From contig JAHJDH010000033.1 in assembly GCA_018812625.1 (NCBI GenBank), positions 3,622 to 67,621 on the forward strand: a stretch of DNA of 64,000 nt, read 5' to 3'. Each line of letters opens with the position of its first letter. Position 1 is the stretch's first letter. This DNA comes from Candidatus Micrarchaeota archaeon. GTDB lineage: Archaea; Micrarchaeota; Micrarchaeia; Anstonellales; Bilamarchaeaceae. The notes under the pieces are model-generated. The model did no database searches and was not told where the DNA came from. It saw only the letters and a list, made by a program, of their open reading frames with translations. This document shows positions 25,687 to 34,012 of the stretch, in pieces. The translations under genes and the position numbers were made by a program.

Positions 25687-27084
25687 CTATGCTGCGCTAA
25701 AAGCTTCCTTGATCAGTTCATTCATTTTTTCAGGCGGATCAGTCTTGACATGTATAATAAAACTGAGGATATTTCCAACTGTGATATTGTCTGCATTGTT
25801 GAATATGTTCAGCGCATCCTCCAGTGGCATTGTCAATGTGAAATCTGCATCTGAGTATGATCCTTCTTTTACATTTACTATGTAGCCATCATCAAGCTTT
25901 GCCTTTAGTTTTATGTTCTCATCCCCTTCGATCCTAAGGTTTACCTTATCATATTTTTTCATTACTTTAACAAAAATCGGGTTGCTGTTGAAGAAAGAAA
26001 CAACTGCTTCTGCATTTATTCCATATTCAAGTCCAACATCTGTTTCAACAATTCTCTCTTCCTCTGGTATTTCTTCTGCCTCTTCAACTTTTACTATATC
26101 GGGGGCAATAGAATATTCTTTTGCGCATTCCGGAGAATCCAGTATGTATTCAAGTATCTCTGCATTGTCCTTGAAATATCCATCTTCGCATATTGTTATC
26201 ATACTGTATGACTGGAAATTGCAGTAAGTAATCTTTGATTCTATATGAAGTGTAAAGTTTTCATTATGCATCTGGTATGATATTTTCTTCTTGCTGGAGC
26301 TTTTCGAATCAAGCTCCAGGCTGTCATTTTCCTCTATGTACTTTTCTGTCCAGTCGTAAAGGGTTTCAGATGGTGCATTATACTTATTCAGCAGAACTGT
26401 GCATGCACCTTGACTTAGACTAATTATTGTTTCATTTTCTGCTTTGCCCTGGTTCCATTCCGGTATTTTGGCTGAATAATCCTCATCAATGAATGTGCCG
26501 TATTTTGTATCATCCAGATTCGGCATGCCGGGCTTTGCACTGTAGTCTGGCTCAGCATATTCTCTTGCGCATGCTACACTTGAAGTAAAATGTTCAAGAT
26601 CTTCTTCATATTCGTTCCAGTAGTCCTTTGCGCATGTTGCCAGAACTACATATGTTTTGTGATTGCAATAATGCATGCTTGTTACTGCCTTGAAAGTTAT
26701 ATTGTCAAAATCTGCAGCAAATCCCATTGAGTGCTTATCAATATCAACTTCATCCAAGCTCACATTTTCGTTTGCTGCTGTTGCATTTACTATCCAGTTG
26801 AAAAGCGGGGTTATTGGGGCATCATGCCGATCTACATTCAGGACACATAATGCATTTCCAATTGCAAGGATACTGGTATTCGTCTGATCTCTTGATTCCC
26901 ACTCCGGATATTCAAGAGAAAAATCATCATCAGTAAATTTTGAGAATTCTGTTTCATTGACTTCTGGCGTCGGTTCTTCTAATTTCTGCTCTTCTTCTGT
27001 TACTTTCTGCTCTACAGTCTGATTAGTACAGCCAAAGAGAATACTAAATACTAGTAATACTGCCAATATCCTTGAAATTTCCAT
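25687..27084 (-). CDS. hypothetical secreted lipoprotein with an internal domain duplication
   Basis: Signal peptide plus lipobox (..LVFSILFGC). Two homologous modules share PEW.., C.VL.N...AP....W and ..YCN..Y....C....CA.EY. Confidence 0.7.
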   Translation of the reverse strand: MEISRILAVLLVFSILFGCTNQTVEQKVTEEEQKLEEPTPEVNETEFSKFTDDDFSLEYPEWESRDQTNTSILAIGNALCVLNVDRHDAPITPLFNWIVNATAANENVSLDEVDIDKHSMGFAADFDNITFKAVTSMHYCNHKTYVVLATCAKDYWNEYEEDLEHFTSSVACAREYAEPDYSAKPGMPNLDDTKYGTFIDEDYSAKIPEWNQGKAENETIISLSQGACTVLLNKYNAPSETLYDWTEKYIEENDSLELDSKSSSKKKISYQMHNENFTLHIESKITYCNFQSYSMITICEDGYFKDNAEILEYILDSPECAKEYSIAPDIVKVEEAEEIPEEERIVETDVGLEYGINAEAVVSFFNSNPIFVKVMKKYDKVNLRIEGDENIKLKAKLDDGYIVNVKEGSYSDADFTLTMPLEDALNIFNNADNITVGNILSFIIHVKTDPPEKMNELIKEAFSAA

Positions 27085-27131
27085 AATTAGAATTCGAAAG
27101 AAATAATTAAATGAATATATAAAAAATAAAA

Positions 27132-27746
27132 TTATCTTGCGCTTCTAGCCATACGCTCTGTTTCGTCACGTTTTTTGATAGAGTAACTGGTTTGAACGTC
27201 TCCCTTTGCAGTTGAGATGATTTCGCTAGCAAGAGACTGTGCAAGTGATTTTGGCTTGTTGAATGCCCCCATAAGAGCAGAAAGTGAAATGTTTCTAAGT
27301 GCCATGTCAAGTCTTCTTGTTGCTGAAACATCTACTGCAATCTGGTAGCTAACTCCACCATGTGAAACACGTGTTACGTCCTCTCTTGGAGCTGAATTTT
27401 CAAGAGCTCTGATAAGAACCTGAATCGGATTCTCCTTGGTCTCTTTTTCAACTATGCCAAATGCCTCGTCAACTATTCGAAGTGATTTGAGCTTTTTCCC
27501 CTGCATTCTTCCCTTTGTTCGGATGACTTTTCCTGATGTTTTTTCACCAGTTCCTCCTCTCATCAGTTTGTTTGCAAGTCTCTCAACAATATTGACTTCC
27601 ATCTTACCAAGATTTTTTCTTGCATTTCTTCCAAAAGTGTGTGGAACTGCAATTGGTTTGAGGGAAATAGTTTGAGCAAGACTCAAATCTTTTATCTCAA
27701 GCTTTTCAAGTGAATATTTGCCAAATAGTTTGTCCATTAAAATCAT
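27132..27746 (-). CDS. rps7: ribosomal protein uS7
   Basis: 204 aa with ..[45 protein letters not shown]... Confidence 0.95.
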   Translation of the reverse strand: MILMDKLFGKYSLEKLEIKDLSLAQTISLKPIAVPHTFGRNARKNLGKMEVNIVERLANKLMRGGTGEKTSGKVIRTKGRMQGKKLKSLRIVDEAFGIVEKETKENPIQVLIRALENSAPREDVTRVSHGGVSYQIAVDVSATRRLDMALRNISLSALMGAFNKPKSLAQSLASEIISTAKGDVQTSYSIKKRDETERMARSAR

Positions 27747-28180
27747 CTCTTAGGCTTTTCTTTCCTGCCCTTTCGAAGCATTTGAAGATCTGCTCCATTT
27801 ACAGCAACGACCTTGTACCTAACTCCTGGCATAGATCCCATCTGACCTCGTTGAGATCCTCCAAGACCTGCCAAAGTGACCTGGTCGTGCTCATCAATGT
27901 AAGTAATTGCCTTGTTTCTAGGTGCATGTGCACTGACAACTTTTCCATTTTTTAGAAGCTGGACCTTTACACATTTGATAAGTCCAGAGTGAGGCTGTTT
28001 CTGCTCGAGAACAATTTTTTCAAGTACAATCGCATCTGCTTGCGGAGCACCTTCTAGTGGATCATGCTTTTCTTTAAGCCTGAGTGTTCTTCGTTTCCAT
28101 TTCTTAGAGAGCCAGCGCTGACCTTTTCGGCGCCTTTTCATATTTCTTCCGGCGAATTCGCCATTTCCTCCTTTTCCCAT
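27743..28180 (-). CDS. rps12: ribosomal protein uS12
   Basis: 145 aa with ..[52 protein letters not shown]... Confidence 0.95.
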   Translation of the reverse strand: MGKGGNGEFAGRNMKRRRKGQRWLSKKWKRRTLRLKEKHDPLEGAPQADAIVLEKIVLEQKQPHSGLIKCVKVQLLKNGKVVSAHAPRNKAITYIDEHDQVTLAGLGGSQRGQMGSMPGVRYKVVAVNGADLQMLRKGRKEKPKR

Positions 28181-28268
28181 TAATACACCTAGTAATAAAA
28201 CTCAAATATGAGTAGAGACTATTGTAGTACTGAGAAGGTTTTATAAAGTTTATGACAGGGGTTCATTT

Positions 28269-29144
28269 ATGGTTTCCAAGTTTCTCTATTCGTTTTCGCT
28301 ATCGGATATGGCTCCGATTATTGAAATGCAACGTCTTGCGGCAAGCCAGATGGCAATTACTGCATTCAATGACAGAAGCACCATGCATGAGACTCTGATG
28401 AAACTGCAGGATGGCGCTCGGCAGGCATCTGTTATGGCCCAGGCTGAAACAGCATCAGTCTCATCTGATCTTCATAAGAATGCCGAAAACCAGTCAATTC
28501 GAACTTATAGCCTTACCTATTACAATCCAGAAACACAGGAAACAGAAGTCATCCAGGAACATGCAGATATACATGTTAAGGATTATGCCAAGGCAATGAT
28601 TGAAGAGTCTATGGGATCTGCCTCAGCAATTCCACTGTATCAATATATAGGAAGTCCAATTGTCCGGGAAGAAATAGTTCCATGGAAGCTTGAGAAGATT
28701 CTCTCTGAGCGTGAATATGGAACTCCTCCTTCTGCAGGAGGCGGGGCAGCAGTTGTTCCAATGCGCGTTATTATTCAAAAAACAGCTGAGCGCAAAATAG
28801 CAAAAGCCAGGGATGAAGAGATCAAGGCAGCAGTTGCCGAGGCAATTTTGAGAAAGGAATCCAGCGAATTAAAGATTGTCGAGGAGATCCTTCTTCTTGA
28901 AGATGCCATTGAAGCTCTTCGCAATGGCGAGGATATTGACAAAATTCTTGAAAAGCTGCCTGCACTTTCCCGAGCAAGGTATCTTATTGCACTAAAGAAA
29001 AAGCATTTTACAAGAAGACAAATAATCAATATGCTTCTTCGCGATGCTCTTTTCTTAAAGAAAATAAAGAAAAAACTAGAGTTATTTACCTTAGATGATC
29101 TTCTTGATATGGTAAAAATCTTAAGAAAAATGACTACTTCTTAG
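28269..29144 (+). CDS. hypothetical protein
   Basis: 291-aa ORF with coding-like composition and a TTTTATAAAG TATA-like box about 25 nt upstream of the ATG, suggesting a leaderless transcript. No motif recognised. Confidence 0.55.
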   Translation: MVSKFLYSFSLSDMAPIIEMQRLAASQMAITAFNDRSTMHETLMKLQDGARQASVMAQAETASVSSDLHKNAENQSIRTYSLTYYNPETQETEVIQEHADIHVKDYAKAMIEESMGSASAIPLYQYIGSPIVREEIVPWKLEKILSEREYGTPPSAGGGAAVVPMRVIIQKTAERKIAKARDEEIKAAVAEAILRKESSELKIVEEILLLEDAIEALRNGEDIDKILEKLPALSRARYLIALKKKHFTRRQIINMLLRDALFLKKIKKKLELFTLDDLLDMVKILRKMTTS

Positions 29145-29286
29145 ACCGAATTTCCTTTCTCTTTGGTCTGAGGTATTTTGAACCACAGCTTCGGCACTGT
29201 TTTACGCTTTTCTTATTCCTTGTTTTGCACCTGAGGCAAATCTGTGTTTGAGCAATTTCTAAATCAGCTTCTGGAAACTTTCCCAT
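29134..29286 (-). CDS. rpl40e: ribosomal protein eL40 (50 aa zinc ribbon, below the ORF-track cut-off)
   Basis: Hand translation of the minus strand gives MGKFPEADLEIAQTQICLRCKTRNKKSVKQCRSCGSKYLRPKRKEIRSKK*. It has CxxC..CxxC and the L40e-like PEA..ICxRC..C.KCG...LRPK pattern. Confidence 0.8.
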   Translation of the reverse strand: MGKFPEADLEIAQTQICLRCKTRNKKSVKQCRSCGSKYLRPKRKEIRSKK

Positions 29287-29373
29287 TGTGTACACCTAAT
29301 TAGTAGGTTGATAATTGTTATATATTGTTTTTAAACTTGCCCATTGCCATTAATTATTAGTTTTGGTGCAAAA

Positions 29374-29979
29374 ATGGAAGTAATTATACGAGGTTATCTC
29401 CCAGAAGATGGGGCTGGAATTGTCCGCATTTACAAAAATGCCCTTGAAACTTTGAGGAAAAGCAAGGGTGGAGATCATGATGATTATTCCATAGACAAAA
29501 TTCTTAGTGGATCAGATAAAAAGATATTATCTGATCTTTTTTGCAGAAATGATATTGTTCTTGTTGCTGATGCAGAGGGTATTCCAGTTGGCTTTACAAG
29601 CTTTTCAAATCGTTTGATTGACAAAATTCTCAAGAGTACTTATGGTTCCAATATCTATGTTGCCAAAGAGTTTCAAAGAGGGAAAATCGGAGTCAATGTC
29701 GGCAGAATGCTAGTTAGTGAAAGAAAGAGACTAATGAGTAAAATGAACTATCGGAAGTACTACTCATACTCAACTCCTGAATCTGTTGCATTTGGAAAGA
29801 AATGCGGAGTTAAATACTATCCAGCACACAATACATATTCATTGAACAGTTCCTTGGCACTGCACTATTATGAGTTTATATTGCGTCCAAGTTTTCTCAA
29901 TAAGATAAGAATTGAGCCTTATCTCTTTGAGCTTAGCATTTTGTTTGGGAAAGCACTTGGCAAACTTAAAGGAAGATGA
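29374..29979 (+). CDS. GNAT-family N-acetyltransferase
   Basis: Motif A-like YVAKEFQRGKIGVNVGRMLV. The ATG at 29374 follows GGTG; the track start 29344 is a TTG. Confidence 0.65.
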   Translation: MEVIIRGYLPEDGAGIVRIYKNALETLRKSKGGDHDDYSIDKILSGSDKKILSDLFCRNDIVLVADAEGIPVGFTSFSNRLIDKILKSTYGSNIYVAKEFQRGKIGVNVGRMLVSERKRLMSKMNYRKYYSYSTPESVAFGKKCGVKYYPAHNTYSLNSSLALHYYEFILRPSFLNKIRIEPYLFELSILFGKALGKLKGR

Positions 29980-29980
29980 C

Positions 29981-31249
29981 ATGAATCCTCTTGAAGTACT
30001 CTGGCAGTTTTTTATTCTTCGATCTGAACAGTGGAAAACTCCGGATGAGCTTGAGGTGATTCAGGCAAAAAAACTCAATCAAATCCTATTATCTGCATCC
30101 AAAACAGAATTTTACAAAAATCTGCTTTCTGGCGTTTCCCTAGATAATTTCCATGGGCTTCCCTTGACCTCCAAAGAAGATATTCAAAAAAATCCCAAAT
30201 CATTTCTCAATCCTGAAATTCCAATTGCAGCATGTACCAAAACCTCAGGCTCAACTGGAACTCCGATGAGTATATCCCTGGATAATGCCTCTGTAGTTCA
30301 TGCCATTGCAATGCGCGCTCTATCTACAACTGAATTTGGTTTTGGCCCTCTTGATAAATTTGCAATTTTTGGAGTTGACAGAAAGCCTGCTCCAATTTAT
30401 CGTTCTTTTCTCGGAACTTATCAGCCTCTTTTCTTCTCAATTTTTGATGATCCATCAAAGAACTACGAATATCTTCAAAAATCAAAAGCCAACATAATCG
30501 GCTGGTATCCTTCGACAATAACAAGCCTTGCCAGAATCAATGCCGAGTCTGAGAATCCGATCAAGCTCAAGGCAGCATTCTGCGGTGGCGAGCCTTTGAC
30601 TAATGCTGCCCGTAAATTCATCTCTGATTCATTTTCCTGCGAAGTGTTTGATCACTATGGACTTGCTGAATTTTCAACAGTGGCCTTTGAATGCCCGAAG
30701 CATAATCTTCATGTCAATACAAGTTTGCTGGTTGAAATTGCAGATCAAAATGGAAAACCAATCCAAAGCGGTGTTGGGCAAGTCGTGATCACTTCTCTTC
30801 ATAACAAGGCAATGCCTCTTCTTCGCTATGCAACAGGTGATTTTGCCAGCTTTGGAACTTGTTCCTGTGGCAGAGGCTCCAAAGTACTGAAATCTGTTCA
30901 TGGCAGAAAGGATGATCTGATTGTTCTTCCAAGCGGCAGGGTCTGCTCTGCTCTTAACATCAACAGGATGGATGATCTTACATATCTCCTTGAATTCAAA
31001 ATAATTCAGGAAAAGGAGGACCTCTTTGTCTTTCATTATGTTCCAAATGGTGAAGATATTTCTGCTTCCCAGAAAAAAGAAATCACTGATCTGATACAAA
31101 AAGGATGTTTGGGCGAAACAGTCTCTGTAGAATTTGAAAAATATATTTCTCTCAAAAAAGACAAATCCGGCAAACTGAGTACAGTTGTTTCCAAGATCGT
31201 TCCAAAGGAAAATGTTGAGTATAAAATATGGAATTCTGATGATCATTAG
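29981..31249 (+). CDS. PaaK/coenzyme-F390-synthetase-like adenylate-forming ligase, paralogue 1
   Basis: Phosphate loop TSGSTGTPM, CSCGRGS motif, and C-terminal DKSGKLSTV (ANL catalytic lysine region). It is closest to the copy at 52755-54014. Confidence 0.8.
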   Translation: MNPLEVLWQFFILRSEQWKTPDELEVIQAKKLNQILLSASKTEFYKNLLSGVSLDNFHGLPLTSKEDIQKNPKSFLNPEIPIAACTKTSGSTGTPMSISLDNASVVHAIAMRALSTTEFGFGPLDKFAIFGVDRKPAPIYRSFLGTYQPLFFSIFDDPSKNYEYLQKSKANIIGWYPSTITSLARINAESENPIKLKAAFCGGEPLTNAARKFISDSFSCEVFDHYGLAEFSTVAFECPKHNLHVNTSLLVEIADQNGKPIQSGVGQVVITSLHNKAMPLLRYATGDFASFGTCSCGRGSKVLKSVHGRKDDLIVLPSGRVCSALNINRMDDLTYLLEFKIIQEKEDLFVFHYVPNGEDISASQKKEITDLIQKGCLGETVSVEFEKYISLKKDKSGKLSTVVSKIVPKENVEYKIWNSDDH

Positions 31250-31304
31250 TGTTTTTAATTTTGTTATATTAACTCTGGTTAGACTATTTTTAATGGTGAA
31301 ATCT

Positions 31305-31796
31305 ATGGGAACAAAAGGAATTGAAATTGTTGGAATGGATGTTGGTGAGCTTATTGACATGCTCAACAAAGCTTTAGCAGATGAATGGCTTGCATATTAC
31401 CAGTACTGGGTTGGCTCTAAGGTAGTACAAGGACCAATGAGACCTCAAGTTGAAGCTGAACTTGTTGAACATGCTGAGGAAGAACTTAAGCATGCAAACA
31501 TGCTTGCAGAGAGGATAGTTCAATTGGGCGGAACTCCACTGCTTAGTCCTGATGAATGGAAAAAGAACTCAGGTTGCGGTTATGCAGCTCCAAGTGACCC
31601 TAATGTGAAAAAGATCCTTGAGCAGAACATAAAAGGCGAGCAATGCGCAATTGTTACTTATCACAAGATTCTTGAAGAAGTAAAATCAGGCAATGATCCA
31701 ATCACTTTCAATATGGTTCGAAAGATCATGGAAGATGAAGTTAAACATGAGCATGATCTACAAAGCATTCAGCAGGATATGAAAATATCCAGATAA
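31305..31796 (+). CDS. Dps-like / ferritin-like four-helix-bundle protein
   Basis: LNKALADEWLAYYQYW..EHAEEELKHANMLAERI..GEQCAIVTY..MEDEVKHEHDL carry di-iron ExxH-type ligands. The ATG at 31305 lies 5 nt after GGTGA. Confidence 0.85.
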   Translation: MGTKGIEIVGMDVGELIDMLNKALADEWLAYYQYWVGSKVVQGPMRPQVEAELVEHAEEELKHANMLAERIVQLGGTPLLSPDEWKKNSGCGYAAPSDPNVKKILEQNIKGEQCAIVTYHKILEEVKSGNDPITFNMVRKIMEDEVKHEHDLQSIQQDMKISR

Positions 31797-31815
31797 TTTT
31801 TTTTATTTATTTTTT
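31797..31815 (+). terminator. oligo-T tract, putative archaeal intrinsic terminator
   Basis: A T8 run directly after the Dps-like stop codon, followed by a T5 run. Confidence 0.35.
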
Positions 31816-31818
31816 AAT

Positions 31819-31902
31819 TGCAGGAAGAAGGATTCGAACCTTCGAAGGCACTAAGCCAATGGGTCCTAAACCCATCACATTTGACCGCTTTGTTATTCCT
31901 GC
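31819..31902 (-). tRNA. tRNA-Leu (anticodon UAG), class II with long variable arm, no intron
   Basis: The reverse complement folds as GCAGGAA-TA-ACA..TGT-G-ATGGG-TTTAGGA-CCCAT-(TGGCTTAGTGCCTTC)-GAAGG-TTCGAAT-CCTTC-TTCCTGC-A. Confidence 0.9.
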
Positions 31903-31917
31903 ATAGGAAACTCTTCT

Positions 31918-33021
31918 TTACTTGGAATCCTTTTTATATTGTTTCTCAAGGAACTCGTGAGCCTCATCACTTCCCTCAAGGAGTTTTTCAAAAAGTTCTG
32001 AGCTGTCAAAGCTGACTTTTCCTGAGGTTTTTGCACTGAGCTCTGCAAGCGCAATTTCTCTTATCGACAGGTTTTCTGCCCTTATGTTTCTTATTCTCTC
32101 TAACTTTGCACTAAGATCTTGGCTGTTTAGTTTGTTGTCTATGTATACATTTGAATATTCACTGAACCTAAGATCTGAACTAGTCAGTCCTTCTTTTAAT
32201 TTTCCTTCAACTTTTATTGAGATGATTGCAGCAGGATCATTGATTTCTTTGATCTTGTTTTCAATCGCCTCTCTAACCTGCATTTCTGTTGCATCCTCAA
32301 ATTCCAGTTTTTCATAAAAGAATTTTCTGGAGTTTATTGGAACAAATTCTGCTTTTTTTGAAGCAGTATCATATAGATAATATCCTTTTGGTGCTGTTTC
32401 TTCTTTTCTAAGCTGTGTTATTACTGTGCTTCCAGGTATTATGAATTTTCCCCCGAGTTTTGTTGTTGTCTCATGTATGTGTCCGTTTATTATCAGGTCA
32501 AATGGCAGCCTCTCTAAAAATTCAAGGGAAATCTCTTCATCTGAGCCTACCATTAATTCCTTGATTGACTGATGAAGCATAAGGATGCTGAAAGTTCCAT
32601 CTTCTTTTTGGAAATTTTCAAGTGATTTTTTGAGTGCAGTCTCAGCATACTCTTCCGGCACACTTCCCATTCCAAAGATTTGTACTTTTTCTCCGTTTTT
32701 CTCAAATGTTGCACTGTTTCCATGAAGAAGCCTGATACTGCTGCTTGCAGCAAGAAGGTGAACTGGGTTTACCATGTCCTTTGCCCGCCTCTCATGATTT
32801 CCAAAAATAGCAAAGATCGGAATGTTTGGTTTATTGAAAATATCAACTGCCCTCTTTAGAGTTTCCAGCTTTGGAATTTTAGTATCAAAAATATCTCCAG
32901 CACAAAGCAGCAGGTCTGCCTGCTCTCCTGCCTGGTTTACAATCATCTCTGCCTGTTTGTAGGAATCCTCTTCGAATCTTGGATAGCCCAGATGATTATC
33001 TGAAAAAATAGCAATTTTCAT
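31918..33021 (-). CDS. mre11: Mre11-type DNA repair metallophosphoesterase
   Basis: Phosphoesterase motifs I-V: SDNHLG, GDIFD, GNHE, MLHQS, GHIHE. Confidence 0.85.
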   Translation of the reverse strand: MKIAIFSDNHLGYPRFEEDSYKQAEMIVNQAGEQADLLLCAGDIFDTKIPKLETLKRAVDIFNKPNIPIFAIFGNHERRAKDMVNPVHLLAASSSIRLLHGNSATFEKNGEKVQIFGMGSVPEEYAETALKKSLENFQKEDGTFSILMLHQSIKELMVGSDEEISLEFLERLPFDLIINGHIHETTTKLGGKFIIPGSTVITQLRKEETAPKGYYLYDTASKKAEFVPINSRKFFYEKLEFEDATEMQVREAIENKIKEINDPAAIISIKVEGKLKEGLTSSDLRFSEYSNVYIDNKLNSQDLSAKLERIRNIRAENLSIREIALAELSAKTSGKVSFDSSELFEKLLEGSDEAHEFLEKQYKKDSK

Positions 33022-33055
33022 AGTATATACTAATTAGAAAAGAAAAAATAAAAAA

Positions 33056-33664
33056 TCAGTTGCAATCAAATGCCCGGTCAGAAGCCAAGGTTGCTGTACA
33101 GTTTTGGTCTCCTGAGCCATCATGGCTGCAAGGTTCTGGAGTTGTATGGCAAAGCTCAAATTTTGTCGGTCCAGTATCAGCAACTTCATGAGTTATCTGC
33201 TCTCCTACTTTTAAGAATATGAACTCTGGATTTACTGGCCAGTCATTCCAATAGTATCCGAATCTTGCTGTAAGCTCGCTATTTTGTGTAAGATCAGCAA
33301 GCATTAATGAAAATCCGCTGCAATCTGCAACATCTTCAGCCTCTTCAAGTGCAAATGTGTGCCTGTTTTCATGTCCTTCCGGATATTCCTCACATAAGCT
33401 TGGGCCTGGAGTATCACTGTCTGTGCCGCTATCAGTTGTTACATCAGAATCAGTTCCTGCATCTGTTGTAGTATCAGCATCATGTCCCCCATCATGCGTT
33501 TCACTTCCATTGCCGCAATTCATTGCTCCAAACGTTACTACTGCTGCAGTGATTGTAGCAATTACTGGAATCTTTAGCTTATCAATCATCCCCTTCAGCT
33601 TTGGAAATCGTCTTTCCTTTCCTTCTTTTTCCTTTCCTTCACCAACTGTTTTTCTTATTTCCAT
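33056..33664 (-). CDS. hypothetical membrane-anchored protein with a D/T/S-rich linker
   Basis: N-terminal TM (IPVIATITAAVVTFGAM), then the acidic TDS linker (DADTTTDAGTDSDVTTDSGTDSD), then a Cys-containing globular C-terminus. Confidence 0.55.
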   Translation of the reverse strand: MEIRKTVGEGKEKEGKERRFPKLKGMIDKLKIPVIATITAAVVTFGAMNCGNGSETHDGGHDADTTTDAGTDSDVTTDSGTDSDTPGPSLCEEYPEGHENRHTFALEEAEDVADCSGFSLMLADLTQNSELTARFGYYWNDWPVNPEFIFLKVGEQITHEVADTGPTKFELCHTTPEPCSHDGSGDQNCTATLASDRAFDCN

Positions 33665-33814
33665 CCAAACACCCCAATATAATTATGTAAAATAGTTCTT
33701 TTAACCTTACGTTTTAACATAAATTGACATAAATAGTTCCAAACGAGATATGAATAGTTTAAAAACTAACTGTTCAAATATCACTTTACACTTTATTGGG
33801 CCCGTAGCTCAGCA

Positions 33815-33863
33815 AGAAAACTTTTGGAAAAAGTTTTATCAAAACCCAGAAGTTATCCTGAAC
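33815..33863 (+). other. tRNA-Ile intron 1 (non-canonical, D-loop)
   Basis: Central 4-bp helix TCAG (33809-12) / CTGA (33858-61) is flanked by 3-nt bulges CAA and ACC. The inner helix is GAAAACTTTT / AGAAGTTATC. The outer helix is weak (relaxed BHB). Boundaries could shift by 1-2 nt. Confidence 0.65.
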
Positions 33864-33885
33864 CGGTTAGAGCGTTCGACTGATA

Positions 33886-33937
33886 CGAGCTTTTGGAAAA
33901 AGCTCGACCAAAACTTGCTTCCTAAAAGTTCTCGGTC
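33886..33937 (+). other. tRNA-Ile intron 2 (canonical 37/38 position)
   Basis: The anticodon stem TTCGA/TCGAA continues into the central helix CTGA (33880-83) / TCGG (33932-35). It is flanked by bulges TAC and TCA, followed by the helix GAGC / GTTC. This is a full hBHBh' motif. Confidence 0.8.
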
Positions 33938-33960
33938 ATCGAAAGGTCACGAGTTCAAAT

Positions 33961-33983
33961 CTCGCCGGGCCCATTTTCTTATT
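33961..33983. repeat. attL: 23-bp direct repeat covering the 3' end of tRNA-Ile
   Basis: ctcgccgggcccattttcttatt is identical to 47527-47549. Confidence 0.85.
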
Positions 33984-34012
33984 TTAAGGTCCAGTGTTAC
34001 GAGTTTTGTGTT

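Larger units (their letters stand above)
33798..33973 (+). tRNA. tRNA-Ile (anticodon GAU) interrupted by two introns
   Basis: The exons join to a 75-nt cloverleaf. It reads GGGCCCG-TA-GCTC-AGCACGGTTA-GAGC-G-TTCGA-CTGATAA-TCGAA-AGGTC-ACGAG-TTCAAAT-CTCGC-CGGGCCC-A. Both introns sit in bulge-helix-bulge motifs. Confidence 0.85.

Noticed and set aside
30674-31369. 231-aa minus-strand ORF overlapping the 3' end of ligase paralogue 1 and the start of the Dps-like gene.
   Set aside because: It is antisense to two well-supported genes and its translation has no recognisable features.
31818-32015. 65-aa plus-strand ORF.
   Set aside because: It is the reverse complement of tRNA-Leu plus the antisense of the Mre11 3' end, so it is not a gene.
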